IMG/VR virus record: IMGVR_UViG_3300033076_001064
Coordinates: 1 to 25,925 of that record
Direction: 5' to 3' (one strand)
From: a virus
Lineage: Duplodnaviria; Caudoviricetes
Length of the DNA stretch: 25,925 nt
Numbering within the stretch: position 1 is the stretch's first letter; every line of letters begins with the position of its first letter. The translations under genes were made by a program, and so were the position numbers. Under the pieces are notes generated by a model, which was not told where the DNA came from, searched no databases, and worked only from the letters and a program-made list of their open reading frames with translations. Positions 1-8,387 of the stretch are shown piece after piece.

Positions 1-850
1 CGAAGGGAACGACCGCACCCGCTGGGGCAATCGGCTGGAAGACGCCATCGCCTACGGCATCGCCGAAGACCTCGGGCTGATCGTCGAGCCCTTCAAGGTC
101 TACATGCGCATCCCCGATCTGCGCATGGGCTCCTCGTTCGATTTCAAGATCGTCGGTCTGGTGGACGATTTCGAAGGCGACAACGAAGCGCGCCGCATGT
201 TTGCCGAGCACGGCCACGGCATCATGGAGTGCAAGAACGTCGACGGCCTGCAGTTCCGCCGCTCATGGATCGACGACGGCGACAGCGTTGAAGCCCCTGT
301 CCACATCGAGTTCCAGGTGCAGCATCAGCTTGAGGTGGCCGACCTTGGCTGGGCGATCATCGCGCCACTGGTCGGCGGCAACACGCCCAAGCCCATCATT
401 CGTGTGCGTGACATCGAGGCCGGCGAAGCGATCCGCATGAAGATCATGGAGCTGTGGCAGCGCGTCTCCCACAACTTCCCGCCTGATCCTGATTTCTCCA
501 AGGATGGAGCGGTCATCGCCAAGGTTTTCCGCGACAATGACGGGTCAGCCGTCGATCTGTCGCATGACGCGCGTCTGGCCGAGCTCTGCCGCATCTACAA
601 GGCCGCTGGGGCGGATGAGAAGGCCGCCGCCGAGCGCAAATCCGCTGCCAAGGCGGAAATCCTGACCATCATCAAAGCGGCCAAGAGCATCGCTTACGCG
701 GGCGGCAAGATCACCGCCGGCACGAACAAGGAGAGCTTTCGCGCTTACTGGCGTGACACCTCCGAGCGCATCTCGATCAGCCTGACCACCGTCAAGGGCG
801 CGCAGATCGAGTCCACCGTCCCCGCTTACCGCAACATGAGGGTGATGTGA
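1..850 (+). CDS. YqaJ-like viral recombinase exonuclease (5'-truncated by window edge)
   Basis: The frame is open from base 2 (EGNDRTRWGNRLEDAIA...). It has WGxxLE, SFD, ECK and QVQHQL motifs of lambda-exo/YqaJ nucleases and lies upstream of a Bet gene. Confidence 0.85.
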   Translation, partial: EGNDRTRWGNRLEDAIAYGIAEDLGLIVEPFKVYMRIPDLRMGSSFDFKIVGLVDDFEGDNEARRMFAEHGHGIMECKNVDGLQFRRSWIDDGDSVEAPVHIEFQVQHQLEVADLGWAIIAPLVGGNTPKPIIRVRDIEAGEAIRMKIMELWQRVSHNFPPDPDFSKDGAVIAKVFRDNDGSAVDLSHDARLAELCRIYKAAGADEKAAAERKSAAKAEILTIIKAAKSIAYAGGKITAGTNKESFRAYWRDTSERISISLTTVKGAQIESTVPAYRNMRVM

Positions 851-1026
851 TGAACGAGATTTTTGTTTTGGCACTGGTCGAGAACGGCACCGCCGATGCC
901 AGCGTTGTGCGCGTCATGCGCACCTACCTGTCAGAAAAGCGCGCCGAGCAGGATCGTGAGCTGCTGACGATGGCCGACCCTAACCACGTCTACCGCGTCG
1001 TTGCGGTCGATTACATCGACGATTGA
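850..1026 (+). CDS. Small hypothetical protein (58 aa, MNEIFVLALVENG...)
   Basis: Not in the ORF track. It has a TGATG overlap with the upstream stop and fills the gap to the bet RBS exactly. Confidence 0.7.
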   Translation: MNEIFVLALVENGTADASVVRVMRTYLSEKRAEQDRELLTMADPNHVYRVVAVDYIDD

Positions 1027-1036
1027 GGAGTGTGAC

Positions 1037-1786
1037 ATGAGTACCGACATCCAGACTTTTGACGCCAAGCGTTCCCTCGTTTCGCGCTTCGCCGACCGCT
1101 ACCACATCGAGCCCGGACGCCTGCTGGACACGCTGAAGGCGACCGCCTTCCGCCAGCGTGGCGACATCGTGGTGACGAATGAGCAGATGGCCGCGCTGCT
1201 GATCGTGGCCGATCAGTACAAGCTCAACCCGTTCACCAAGGAAATCTTCGCGTTCAATGACAAGGGCGCGGTCGTGCCCGTCGTCAGCGTGGACGGCTGG
1301 TCGCGCATCATCAACGAGCATCCAGCCTTCAATGGCATGGAGTTCAACTACTCCGACCAGATCGTGACCATGCCGGGCGGAAAGCCCTGCCCTGAGTGGT
1401 GCGAGGTCGTGTTGTACCGCAAGGATCGCGACCGTCCGACCGTCGTGCGTGAATATCTCGACGAGGTGTATCAGGCTCCCCGTGGCAAGGATGGCGGCTT
1501 TGCCGGCCCATGGCAGACGCACACAAAGCGTTTCCTGCGCCACAAAGCCCTGATCCAGGGTGCGCGCATCGCGTTCGGTTTCGCCGGCATCTACGACGAG
1601 GACGAGGCAAGCCGCATCATCGACGCGCAACCTGTCGCCGCTCCCGCTCCGGCTCCAGCTCCACCGCCACAACCCGGCAAGTCCTCACGCCTGTCCGCCA
1701 TCATTGGCGCGACCGGCATCAGCGAACCTGCCGCCGAAGAACCCATCGAAGCCGACATCATCGAGGAGGAACACGCCGATGTCTGA
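1037..1786 (+). CDS. bet: Phage single-strand annealing recombinase, Bet/RecT family
   Basis: Bet-like motifs TNEQMAALLIVADQYKLNPFTKEIFAF, VVSVDGWSRIINEHP and PWQTHTKRFLRHKALIQGARIAFGF. GAGGAG RBS at 1025-1030 precedes ATG 1037. Confidence 0.92.
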   Translation: MSTDIQTFDAKRSLVSRFADRYHIEPGRLLDTLKATAFRQRGDIVVTNEQMAALLIVADQYKLNPFTKEIFAFNDKGAVVPVVSVDGWSRIINEHPAFNGMEFNYSDQIVTMPGGKPCPEWCEVVLYRKDRDRPTVVREYLDEVYQAPRGKDGGFAGPWQTHTKRFLRHKALIQGARIAFGFAGIYDEDEASRIIDAQPVAAPAPAPAPPPQPGKSSRLSAIIGATGISEPAAEEPIEADIIEEEHADV

Positions 1787-2054
1787 AACCATGACCGAGA
1801 AAGACCTCGCCGCGCGCTGGCACATGACCACACGCACCCTGCTGAACTGGCGCTCCACGGGAGTGGGGCCGCCCTTCATCAGGGTCGGGGAGCGATCCAT
1901 CATCTACCGAACGGCCGACATCCTCGCTTACGAAGACGCCAATGTCGGCGGGACACCCATCCCCAAGGCGGGATGGCACGAGACAATCCAGCGTGTCGCA
2001 GACGCGCTGGAGGACACCAAGCTGCGCGACGAACTGCGCTCACTGATTGCATAG
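1779..2054 (+). CDS. AlpA/excisionase-like winged HTH DNA-binding protein
   Basis: MTEKDLAARW..TTRTLLNWRSTGVGPPFIRVG..IIYR pattern, with a GAGGAGG RBS upstream of ATG 1779. Confidence 0.8.
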   Translation: MSETMTEKDLAARWHMTTRTLLNWRSTGVGPPFIRVGERSIIYRTADILAYEDANVGGTPIPKAGWHETIQRVADALEDTKLRDELRSLIA

Positions 2055-2064
2055 GAGTACACCG

Positions 2065-3207
2065 ATGAACGACATGACCACCTTAGACCTGTCCACCCTG
2101 CCACCTGACGAACGCGCCCAGGCTGTTCTGGCATCGACCAAAACGGAAACCTACCTGCACGGGCTGGTTGAAGAAGCCGCCACCATCACGCAGGTGATCG
2201 ACGCTGACAGCCGTGAACAGGCTCACCGCGTCGGCATGAAGCTGAAGTACGCCCGCACCACGATCAAGAAGACCGGCAAGGCCGCGCGCGACGACGCCAC
2301 CGCCTTTGCCAATGCGGTCATCAAGGAAGAAAAGCGCCTGATCTCCATCACCGAGGCCGAGGAAACCCGCGTCATGGGATTGCGGGACGGTTATGACGCC
2401 GTGATCGAAGCGGCAAAGCAGGCCAAGGCCAAGCGCGACGCCGAGATTCAGGAAAAGATCGCCGGCATCCGCGCTCTGCCGCAGGCGCTTGCCTTTGCCG
2501 GATCGGAAGAGCTCGTCCTTGAACGGGACGCCCTGCTGGCCTTCACGCCACCAGAGGACGTGTTCGGAGCTTTCACCGACGAGTGCAAGGCCGCTCTGGC
2601 CGAGGCCATTGCAGCCCTGAATGATCTCATCACGCTGGCCGTGCAGCGCGAGGAAACCACCGCAGCGGTCGCTGCCGAGAAAGCCAGACTGGAAGCAGAC
2701 CGTCGCGCCCTGGAAGAAGAACGGGCCGCCTACGAGGCCGAGAGGCTGGCGTTCGAACAGCGCAAGCTGGCAGAGAAATGGGCGAAAGAGGAAGCCGAGC
2801 GCACCGACAGCCCTGCAACGCCAGAGCAGAACGAGGCCGCCATCGAGGAAGCCGACGCCATTCTGGAAAACCTTGCGCTTGAGCCGGCTGGTTCGATTTC
2901 CGCACCAGTTGAGGAAGAACCCGAAGCCACACCAGAGCCCGGCATGGAGGTGCAGTCCGACTGGCGCACCCGCATCTATGCGATGTTCACCGCCGACCAG
3001 TTCGAGGCGCTGGCCGCCAAGGTCAATCAGTGCGGATTCTACGACTTCGCCACTGATCTCAGCGACGTCGCCGCCGCCCTGCGCAGCGGAGCGCATGACG
3101 CCAGACTGGAGGCCGCAGACAAGGCGGCCATGCAGGTCATCGACGAGAAGCTGCTCGATGCCACTGTTCAGGCGCTCGACCTGTGGACTGATCAGGAGGC
3201 TGCATGA
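2065..3207 (+). CDS. Phage coiled-coil protein of unknown function
   Basis: AGGAG RBS before ATG 2065. Ala/Glu/Arg-rich helical sequence with typical GC3 bias. Confidence 0.75.
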   Translation: MNDMTTLDLSTLPPDERAQAVLASTKTETYLHGLVEEAATITQVIDADSREQAHRVGMKLKYARTTIKKTGKAARDDATAFANAVIKEEKRLISITEAEETRVMGLRDGYDAVIEAAKQAKAKRDAEIQEKIAGIRALPQALAFAGSEELVLERDALLAFTPPEDVFGAFTDECKAALAEAIAALNDLITLAVQREETTAAVAAEKARLEADRRALEEERAAYEAERLAFEQRKLAEKWAKEEAERTDSPATPEQNEAAIEEADAILENLALEPAGSISAPVEEEPEATPEPGMEVQSDWRTRIYAMFTADQFEALAAKVNQCGFYDFATDLSDVAAALRSGAHDARLEAADKAAMQVIDEKLLDATVQALDLWTDQEAA

Positions 3208-3395
3208 ACATGATAGCCAACCTGTTCACCAACGCGGCCGTCCTGATGGCCGGCATACTCGTGCTGATCAAGCTCTTTGTGCCTGACGAGGCACGATTTC
3301 GGATCGACATCCGTGTACTGGTCGGCGTGATCGTCGGGTTTCTGTATCTGGCCTGCGTCGGCGTCGTGACCATTCTGGGCATGGTGATTGTATGA
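3204..3395 (+). CDS. Small membrane protein (2 predicted TM helices)
   Basis: ATGA overlaps at both ends and two hydrophobic stretches. Confidence 0.7.
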   Translation: MNMIANLFTNAAVLMAGILVLIKLFVPDEARFRIDIRVLVGVIVGFLYLACVGVVTILGMVIV

Positions 3396-3607
3396 AAACG
3401 GACTGGAGAAAGGCACCAGAACAAGCCAACTGGCTGGCGACGGACGCCGACGGCGGCCGGTATTGGTATGAAAACAAGCCCCTGATGAACTTTGAATACA
3501 ATAGCTGGCGGACAAACGGCGGAAAGTTATGGTGGGCAGATTCGCTGAAGACGAATGTTGATTGGAGACAATCACTTGAAGCTAGACCGACGAAGGGGAG
3601 CGTATGA
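3392..3607 (+). CDS. Small Trp-rich phage hypothetical protein
   Basis: DWxxAPExANWLAxDxDGxxYWY pattern recalled from phage hypotheticals. ATGA coupling at both ends. Confidence 0.75.
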   Translation: MKTDWRKAPEQANWLATDADGGRYWYENKPLMNFEYNSWRTNGGKLWWADSLKTNVDWRQSLEARPTKGSV

Positions 3608-3960
3608 AACCGTTTAATCTTGAGAAAGCTTTGTCCGGTGATCCGGTAATGACTTGCCAGGGCAAAGAAGTTACCCAATTGGCACTTTTCAAAGTCACCA
3701 GCGGCGATGCCTTGATTGGGGTGATTGATGGATCAATTGAAAGTTGGCTGGCCACTGGCAAGTTCTATGATGGCGCGCTTCACCCTTACGACTTGTTCAT
3801 GGCCCCTGTAAAGCGTGAGGGATGGATCGGCATTTCCCCAGGTGAGTACAGTGATGGTTCTAGAGATACATCGAGCTTATACAAAACAAGAGAAGAGGTA
3901 GAAGGACACTTTTACCCTAGCCCAACTTTTCAAATAGTTAAAGTGGAGTGGGAAGAATGA
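3604..3960 (+). CDS. Phage hypothetical protein (MKPFNLEKALSGDPVMT type)
   Basis: Recurrent phage N-terminus, ATGA coupling and a GGGGAG RBS. Confidence 0.75.
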   Translation: MKPFNLEKALSGDPVMTCQGKEVTQLALFKVTSGDALIGVIDGSIESWLATGKFYDGALHPYDLFMAPVKREGWIGISPGEYSDGSRDTSSLYKTREEVEGHFYPSPTFQIVKVEWEE

Positions 3961-4199
3961 CAGACACCAGCCCTCCAGCGTTTCCGTTCACCGAAACGGA
4001 CAACGCGATCATGTACCCTGGCATGACATTGCGGGATTATTTTGCCGGTCAAGTGGTAGGCCATATTTACAAGGATTTCTGGGACGCCGTGAGGGCAGAC
4101 AAAGGACAATTCGACGCCGATTGGCCCATGGGCCTCGCTATGGAGGCATACAGGATGGCCGACGCCATGCTGAAGGCCAGAGAACATCCTATCGCCTGA
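3957..4199 (+). CDS. Phage hypothetical protein (PAFP...GMTLRDYFA family)
   Basis: Widespread GMTLRDYFA...AYxMADAML motif. ATGA overlap at 3957. Confidence 0.8.
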   Translation: MTDTSPPAFPFTETDNAIMYPGMTLRDYFAGQVVGHIYKDFWDAVRADKGQFDADWPMGLAMEAYRMADAMLKAREHPIA

Positions 4200-4275
4200 C
4201 ATCGCCATTGCAGGCATACTGCGCAGATCAGGGACGATCAGCGCCTTTATTTCATGACTTACCGGAGATATTGAG

Positions 4276-4509
4276 ATGCAACCTTACCGAAAACAGCGCC
4301 AGACGTTCGCAGAAGACACGCTGGCCGCCATTGTCCTGATCCTCGCCGTCTGTTTCGTGCTGGCGCTCGCGGCTTTCGAAACATGGTATCCGGGGCTGGA
4401 CGACGATCCTGCCACCATGAAGGTGGTCGAGATCATCAACCACTGTGAACAGTTCGGCTACTACGACACCGGAACCACGCGCATTGAGTGCAAGGTGGTG
4501 GCGGAATGA
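4276..4509 (+). CDS. Small membrane-anchored protein
   Basis: GGAG RBS, one TM segment, and a C-terminal Cys pair. Confidence 0.65.
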   Translation: MQPYRKQRQTFAEDTLAAIVLILAVCFVLALAAFETWYPGLDDDPATMKVVEIINHCEQFGYYDTGTTRIECKVVAE

Positions 4510-4712
4510 GCAAGTACACGACAGGGCACTACAAGATCACCCTGTTCGACGAGCGCGGCACGAAAATCGGACAGTACAGCCTGGGCGATATTGGCATCAT
4601 CAGCGCGGTCGAGCATGGGCGAGAACAGGTCGCCGAAGGCAAGTGCCATTCGTTCTCGGTTGACCGCAACGTGTTCAATTCTCTGAACACCCCTGAGCGT
4701 TGGATGCCGTAA
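4506..4712 (+). CDS. Hypothetical protein (MSKYTTGHYK...)
   Basis: ATGA overlap with the previous stop and TAATG overlap with the next start. Confidence 0.65.
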   Translation: MSKYTTGHYKITLFDERGTKIGQYSLGDIGIISAVEHGREQVAEGKCHSFSVDRNVFNSLNTPERWMP

Positions 4713-5029
4713 TGCCAAGGCCAGCGCAGCAGAGGAAGATATTTGCGGGACGGATGCAATGCTCGATCTGTCGCATCGCCAAGCCGCTCAATCTGTTCAG
4801 GCTGGTCGAGCCGAAGGGACGGTCGGCCTATTACTTCCCTGAGTGCCTGGAGTGCATCAGCGCGAAGGAAGGAACCAGCGTCAGGGATGCCGAGGTGCAA
4901 GGCTGGCCGTGCCAGTATTGCCCCAAGCGACCGACCTGCCAGACGGAGTGCTTCATCTACCGGGCCTACGTCGATGGGGACATCCAGCACCCCAGCACGC
5001 TCCAGAAGCTGATCGGGATGATGGTATGA
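4712..5029 (+). CDS. Cys-rich putative Zn-binding protein
   Basis: CxxC motifs (CSIC, CLEC, CQYC) plus CxxxC. Coupled to neighbours at both ends. Confidence 0.65.
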   Translation: MPRPAQQRKIFAGRMQCSICRIAKPLNLFRLVEPKGRSAYYFPECLECISAKEGTSVRDAEVQGWPCQYCPKRPTCQTECFIYRAYVDGDIQHPSTLQKLIGMMV

Positions 5030-5220
5030 ACTGCCACATCTGCGGAGCGTGGACAGAGGTCGTCGATAGCCGCAAGCGGAACGGAACGATCCGCAGGCGC
5101 AGACTGTGCGCCAATGAGCATCGGTTCAACACCTACGAGATCACGGAGGACGATTTCAAGAGATTGCAGACGCCTAACACTATGAGGATAGTGATCCACA
5201 ATGACAGACAATGTGATTGA
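5026..5220 (+). CDS. Standalone NrdR-like N-terminal zinc-ribbon protein (no ATP-cone)
   Basis: MNCHICG..TEVVDSR....IRRRRLC...HRFNTYE matches the NrdR N-terminus. The protein is only 64 aa. Confidence 0.75.
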   Translation: MNCHICGAWTEVVDSRKRNGTIRRRRLCANEHRFNTYEITEDDFKRLQTPNTMRIVIHNDRQCD

Positions 5221-5422
5221 TTTACCTGTTGTAACGAGCCTGCCTATTGCGGCTGACAAGATACTGAGACAGGCCATTGAAGATGGTCTGGAAACAGTCA
5301 TCGTTATCGGACAAAATGCCGAGGGCGAGTTTTACCTGAACACGTCCGATCCTTCGCCGGCTAAAAACCTGTGGCTGATCGAGAACGTGAAACTTTTAAT
5401 CCTGCATGGAGAGTTTGAATGA
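5201..5422 (+). CDS. Phage hypothetical protein (MTDNVIDL...)
   Basis: Compact 73-aa ORF overlapping both neighbours, with a GAGGA RBS-like sequence upstream. Confidence 0.7.
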   Translation: MTDNVIDLPVVTSLPIAADKILRQAIEDGLETVIVIGQNAEGEFYLNTSDPSPAKNLWLIENVKLLILHGEFE

Positions 5423-5730
5423 TCTACAACTATGAGAACCTGACCGACGCCGTTGAAGCATGGGCAACTGAGCGCGGCATTATCGCCAACTCAACGCCAC
5501 TCGCCCAAGCGATCAAGACCACCGAGGAAGTGGCGGAGCTGCTGAAGGCTCTGAGCAAGAACAACATCCACGAGGCAGCAGACGCCTACGGCGACATCCT
5601 GGTGACACTGATCATCGGCGCAAAGATCAGCGGGCTCAATCTGGAAAACTGTCTGGCTGCCGCCTACAACGTCATCAAGGACAGGAAAGGCTATCTGACG
5701 CCGGACGGCATCTTCGTCAAGGTGGAATGA
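5419..5730 (+). CDS. mazG: MazG-like NTP pyrophosphohydrolase
   Basis: WAxERG, KTTEEVAEL, DAYGD and AYNVIKDRKG motifs of phage MazG-like proteins. Confidence 0.85.
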   Translation: MIYNYENLTDAVEAWATERGIIANSTPLAQAIKTTEEVAELLKALSKNNIHEAADAYGDILVTLIIGAKISGLNLENCLAAAYNVIKDRKGYLTPDGIFVKVE

Positions 5731-5903
5731 TGGCCGTTTACTTTGGTATTGCTGTTTTCCTCGTAACATTGGTGGTCGGCTTTGCGTCTACGCTCATCGA
5801 AACATTGGCCGCAAGCACGATCATTCTGAGCGCCACCGCCTACGGCACGGTGAGCGGTGCAATCATTTGGATGATGGAAACCGAACGTGACAAGAAAGGC
5901 TGA
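5727..5903 (+). CDS. Small membrane protein (58 aa, MMAVYFGIAVFLVTLVV...)
   Basis: Not in the ORF track. ATGA overlap with the mazG stop and two hydrophobic segments. Confidence 0.6.
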   Translation: MMAVYFGIAVFLVTLVVGFASTLIETLAASTIILSATAYGTVSGAIIWMMETERDKKG

Positions 5904-6609
5904 AGACAGTTCAGAACCACGGCAGAAGACCAACGGATTGAAGATGTCTCTGTCCTTGTTGCGGCAGATCAAGCCTAAAACGATCAGCCAGAACAAGTTT
6001 TTCGACGCCTATGACGCCCAGCGGGAGTTCATCCTGCTGGCCGGCAGCGCCGGAACCGGCAAGAGCTTCATCTCGATCTACAAAGCGTTGACGGAGGTGC
6101 TGGATACGTCCAGCACTTTCAAGCGGCTGATCCTCATTCGCTCGGCCGTGCAGACACGCGACGTCGGCTTCACGCCGGGCAATCTCGACGAGAAAATGTC
6201 GATCTACGAAGACCCGTATCACTCGATCTGCGCCACCCTGTTCGACCGCAAGGACGCCTATTCACGGCTGAAGGAGCAGCAATACATCGAGTTCACCAGC
6301 ACAACGGCTCTGCGTGGCATGACGTTCGACAACGCCATTGTCATCGCCGACGAGTGCCAGAACTTCACCTACCATGAGCTGAACAGCACGATTACCAGGA
6401 TCGGGAGGAACAGCAAAATCATCTTTGTCGGCGACGCCAAGCAGAATGACCTGATCAAGAAGGCCAGCGATCCATCAGGGCTCTTGCAGTTCATCGACAT
6501 CGCCCGCCACATGGACGAGTTTACGCCGATTTATTTCACGCCCGAAGACATCATCAGGTCAAAACTGGTCAAAGCGTGGATTATTGCCAGCGAACGATAT
6601 GCCTATTGA
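5887..6609 (+). CDS. phoH: PhoH-family ATPase
   Basis: Walker A GSAGTGKS, plus RSAV, GFTPG, LRGMTF, DECQN, TRIG, GDAKQND and EDIIRS motifs. The start codon is uncertain. Confidence 0.92.
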   Translation: MTRKAEDSSEPRQKTNGLKMSLSLLRQIKPKTISQNKFFDAYDAQREFILLAGSAGTGKSFISIYKALTEVLDTSSTFKRLILIRSAVQTRDVGFTPGNLDEKMSIYEDPYHSICATLFDRKDAYSRLKEQQYIEFTSTTALRGMTFDNAIVIADECQNFTYHELNSTITRIGRNSKIIFVGDAKQNDLIKKASDPSGLLQFIDIARHMDEFTPIYFTPEDIIRSKLVKAWIIASERYAY

Positions 6610-6618
6610 GGAAAACCA

Positions 6619-6876
6619 ATGAGTCTCGACGATACATTGCGGGAGAGAGGCGGCCGGTATGGCGACTTCAAAGACCATGCCAGCATCACCCAGGAACTTA
6701 AAGACGTCATGCGAGCCACCCCGAAATGGGAAGGGCTCAAGCCTTACCAGAAGGAAGCCTTGGAAATGATCGCCCATAAGATCGGGCGCATCCTGAACGG
6801 CGATCCCGACTATCAGGATAGCTGGCTGGACAGTGCCGGCTACGCCAAGCTCGTGGCCGATGAGCTCGACGACTGA
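6619..6876 (+). CDS. DUF6378-like phage protein
   Basis: ERGxxYG...KIGRILNGDPDYxDSWxDxAGY motif. GAGG RBS. Confidence 0.75.
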   Translation: MSLDDTLRERGGRYGDFKDHASITQELKDVMRATPKWEGLKPYQKEALEMIAHKIGRILNGDPDYQDSWLDSAGYAKLVADELDD

Positions 6877-7078
6877 GTGTGCGTTATGTGCCAGAGGCAG
6901 CCATATCTATGACTGTCTCTGTCTGGGCTGCTGCGCCCGTCTCGTGATGTCTGCGAGGCGTGGACGCAAGCAGGCTGCTACCCTGCTCGGCGCGCTCGAC
7001 ATGGCAAGAAAGTCGGTGCCCGGGCGCGTCGTCCCCAAGCGCGCAGCCATCATTGCGGAAGTGAAAAGCCGCATGTGA
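6860..7078 (+). CDS. Cys-rich small hypothetical protein
   Basis: CALC...CLCLGCCARL sequence overlapping the previous stop. Confidence 0.55.
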   Translation: MSSTTECALCARGSHIYDCLCLGCCARLVMSARRGRKQAATLLGALDMARKSVPGRVVPKRAAIIAEVKSRM

Positions 7079-7109
7079 CTGGTCGCGTTTTCACCTGAGT
7101 GGTAGGTTT

Positions 7110-7128
7110 TTCGAACCATTGATTCGGA
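7110..7128. promoter_or_regulatory. Imperfect 19-bp palindrome, putative operator upstream of PrtN-like copy 1
   Basis: TTCGAACCA-T-TGATTCGGA overlaps the GGAGG RBS. A related site lies at 9357-9375. Confidence 0.5.
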
Positions 7129-7135
7129 GGCCACC

Positions 7136-7411
7136 ATGAACACCGCCTTCTTGCTGATGGCTCGCTACGATGCGCGGGCCGTCATTCCCATCGAGACCAT
7201 CCAGAAAGATTTTTTCCCGCATTTGTCGCTGGTCAAGCTCGTCGGCAAATTGCAGGCCGGCGAAATCCCGCTGCCCATGGTGCGCATCGAGCCGAGCCAG
7301 AAGGCCGCCCGTGGCGTCCACGTTACTGACCTCGCCGCCTACATCGACCGTCGCAGGGAGATGGCACAGGTCGAGCTCGCTCGCATGGGAGGCTCGCCAT
7401 GCACGCTGTGA
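7136..7411 (+). CDS. Pyocin activator PrtN-family protein, copy 1 (possible recombination directionality factor)
   Basis: MNTAFLLMAxY...LP...SQKAARGVHxxDLAxYID motif. GGAGG RBS. Confidence 0.85.
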   Translation: MNTAFLLMARYDARAVIPIETIQKDFFPHLSLVKLVGKLQAGEIPLPMVRIEPSQKAARGVHVTDLAAYIDRRREMAQVELARMGGSPCTL

Positions 7412-7626
7412 TCGCGGTCTTCTACGGGCTGTTCACCTGGATGCTGATGGTCGTTTACGCCATCATCGCCCGCCCCGACCTCGTGGGGCTCGCTTTGGTG
7501 CTGGGGCCGTTCATCGCGTCAGGCATGACGCTGGCTTTGCTGCTGCTGGATGCTATCGTCGCCGGCATCGAGCGCGGTGTCCGCCGGCTCATGCCGCAGG
7601 AGAAGAAAAGAAGACCACGTTGCTGA
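7399..7626 (+). CDS. Small membrane protein
   Basis: GGAGG RBS, two TM-like segments, and a basic C-terminus. Confidence 0.6.
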   Translation: MHAVIAVFYGLFTWMLMVVYAIIARPDLVGLALVLGPFIASGMTLALLLLDAIVAGIERGVRRLMPQEKKRRPRC

Positions 7627-7631
7627 CTTTT

Positions 7632-7865
7632 GCTGCCAGAAATCGGCCAAAAACAGAAAATGAGGCACAACAACACACTGATTTTGCACCGTTTTCCTCT
7701 ATGCTCATCCACTCCATCATAGGGGCACAGGAAAAACGCCAGCGATTATAGGCAGTTACATTCATTGTCCGTCCAGTCATATTCGCCGATATTTGGAGCA
7801 CCAAGCCATTTTCGTCAATGAAATCAGCGAACGCTGGATCAAGATTCACCCGTTTCTGCCAGATT
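7632..7865 (-). other. attP-like site copy 1 with dusA-like 5' end
   Basis: The minus strand encodes AYNRWRFSCAPMMEW, resembling the DusA N-terminus RFSVAPMMDWTD. Core is CCACTCCATCATAGGG at 7709-7724. TGCCAGA motifs occur at 7634 and 7857. Confidence 0.7.
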
Positions 7866-8049
7866 CCACGCGCAACCGCTCGATTTCGTCCGCAGCGTCA
7901 CGCACAAGATCGCGCACCCACTCCTCCTGCTGAGCCTCGTGGGCGAACGCTCTCGTTCTCGCAATCGCCATCGCTGACTGCCGGCTCTCCTGCTCGCGAC
8001 GCAGCCGGCTCACGATGTCGTCGGTTTCGGACGGATCAAGCGAGCTCAT
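7846..8049 (-). CDS. Small phage hypothetical protein (DIVxRLR...AADEIERLR type)
   Basis: Recurrent phage motif. ATGA overlap with the upstream gene. Confidence 0.7.
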   Translation of the reverse strand: MSSLDPSETDDIVSRLRREQESRQSAMAIARTRAFAHEAQQEEWVRDLVRDAADEIERLRVESGRNG

Positions 8050-8345
8050 GGCTCACCAGTGGCTTTGGCAATGGCTGCGCGGGCATTGTGAATAGCCATT
8101 CCATACATGGTCACATCAACCGCCGTGATGCATTCCTTGATGGCGGCAAGCAGATCAGGCGCGGCGGCGATCAGGCGGGCGTCGGCATCGCTGAAGACAG
8201 CAGCGAAGACGGAGCCGTCTTCCTCTGTGATGGTCAGAATGGATTGACGTTCGGCAGAGACCGGACACAGCTTTGCGACAGTGCCGTTGTCGCCGCCGAC
8301 CTCAAACAATGACCACGGCCCAGGCGTGTGCGTTGGCTTATTCAT
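8046..8345 (-). CDS. Phage hypothetical protein (HTPGPW...DARLIAAAPDLL family)
   Basis: Well-known phage motif pair. AGGAGAG RBS. Confidence 0.8.
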   Translation of the reverse strand: MNKPTHTPGPWSLFEVGGDNGTVAKLCPVSAERQSILTITEEDGSVFAAVFSDADARLIAAAPDLLAAIKECITAVDVTMYGMAIHNARAAIAKATGEP

Positions 8346-8387
8346 AAACTCTCCTAAACAGTTGAAAACAATGCCATAATTCGTAAA

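Noticed and set aside
1636-1672. GCTCC(C/G/A) tandem repeats in bet
   Set aside because: They simply encode an Ala-Pro linker with varied third positions and are not a contingency locus.
7589-7849. 86-aa minus-strand ORF as an intact dusA or independent gene
   Set aside because: Only about 12 residues resemble DusA and similarity ends at the att core. It is treated as an att-associated fragment.
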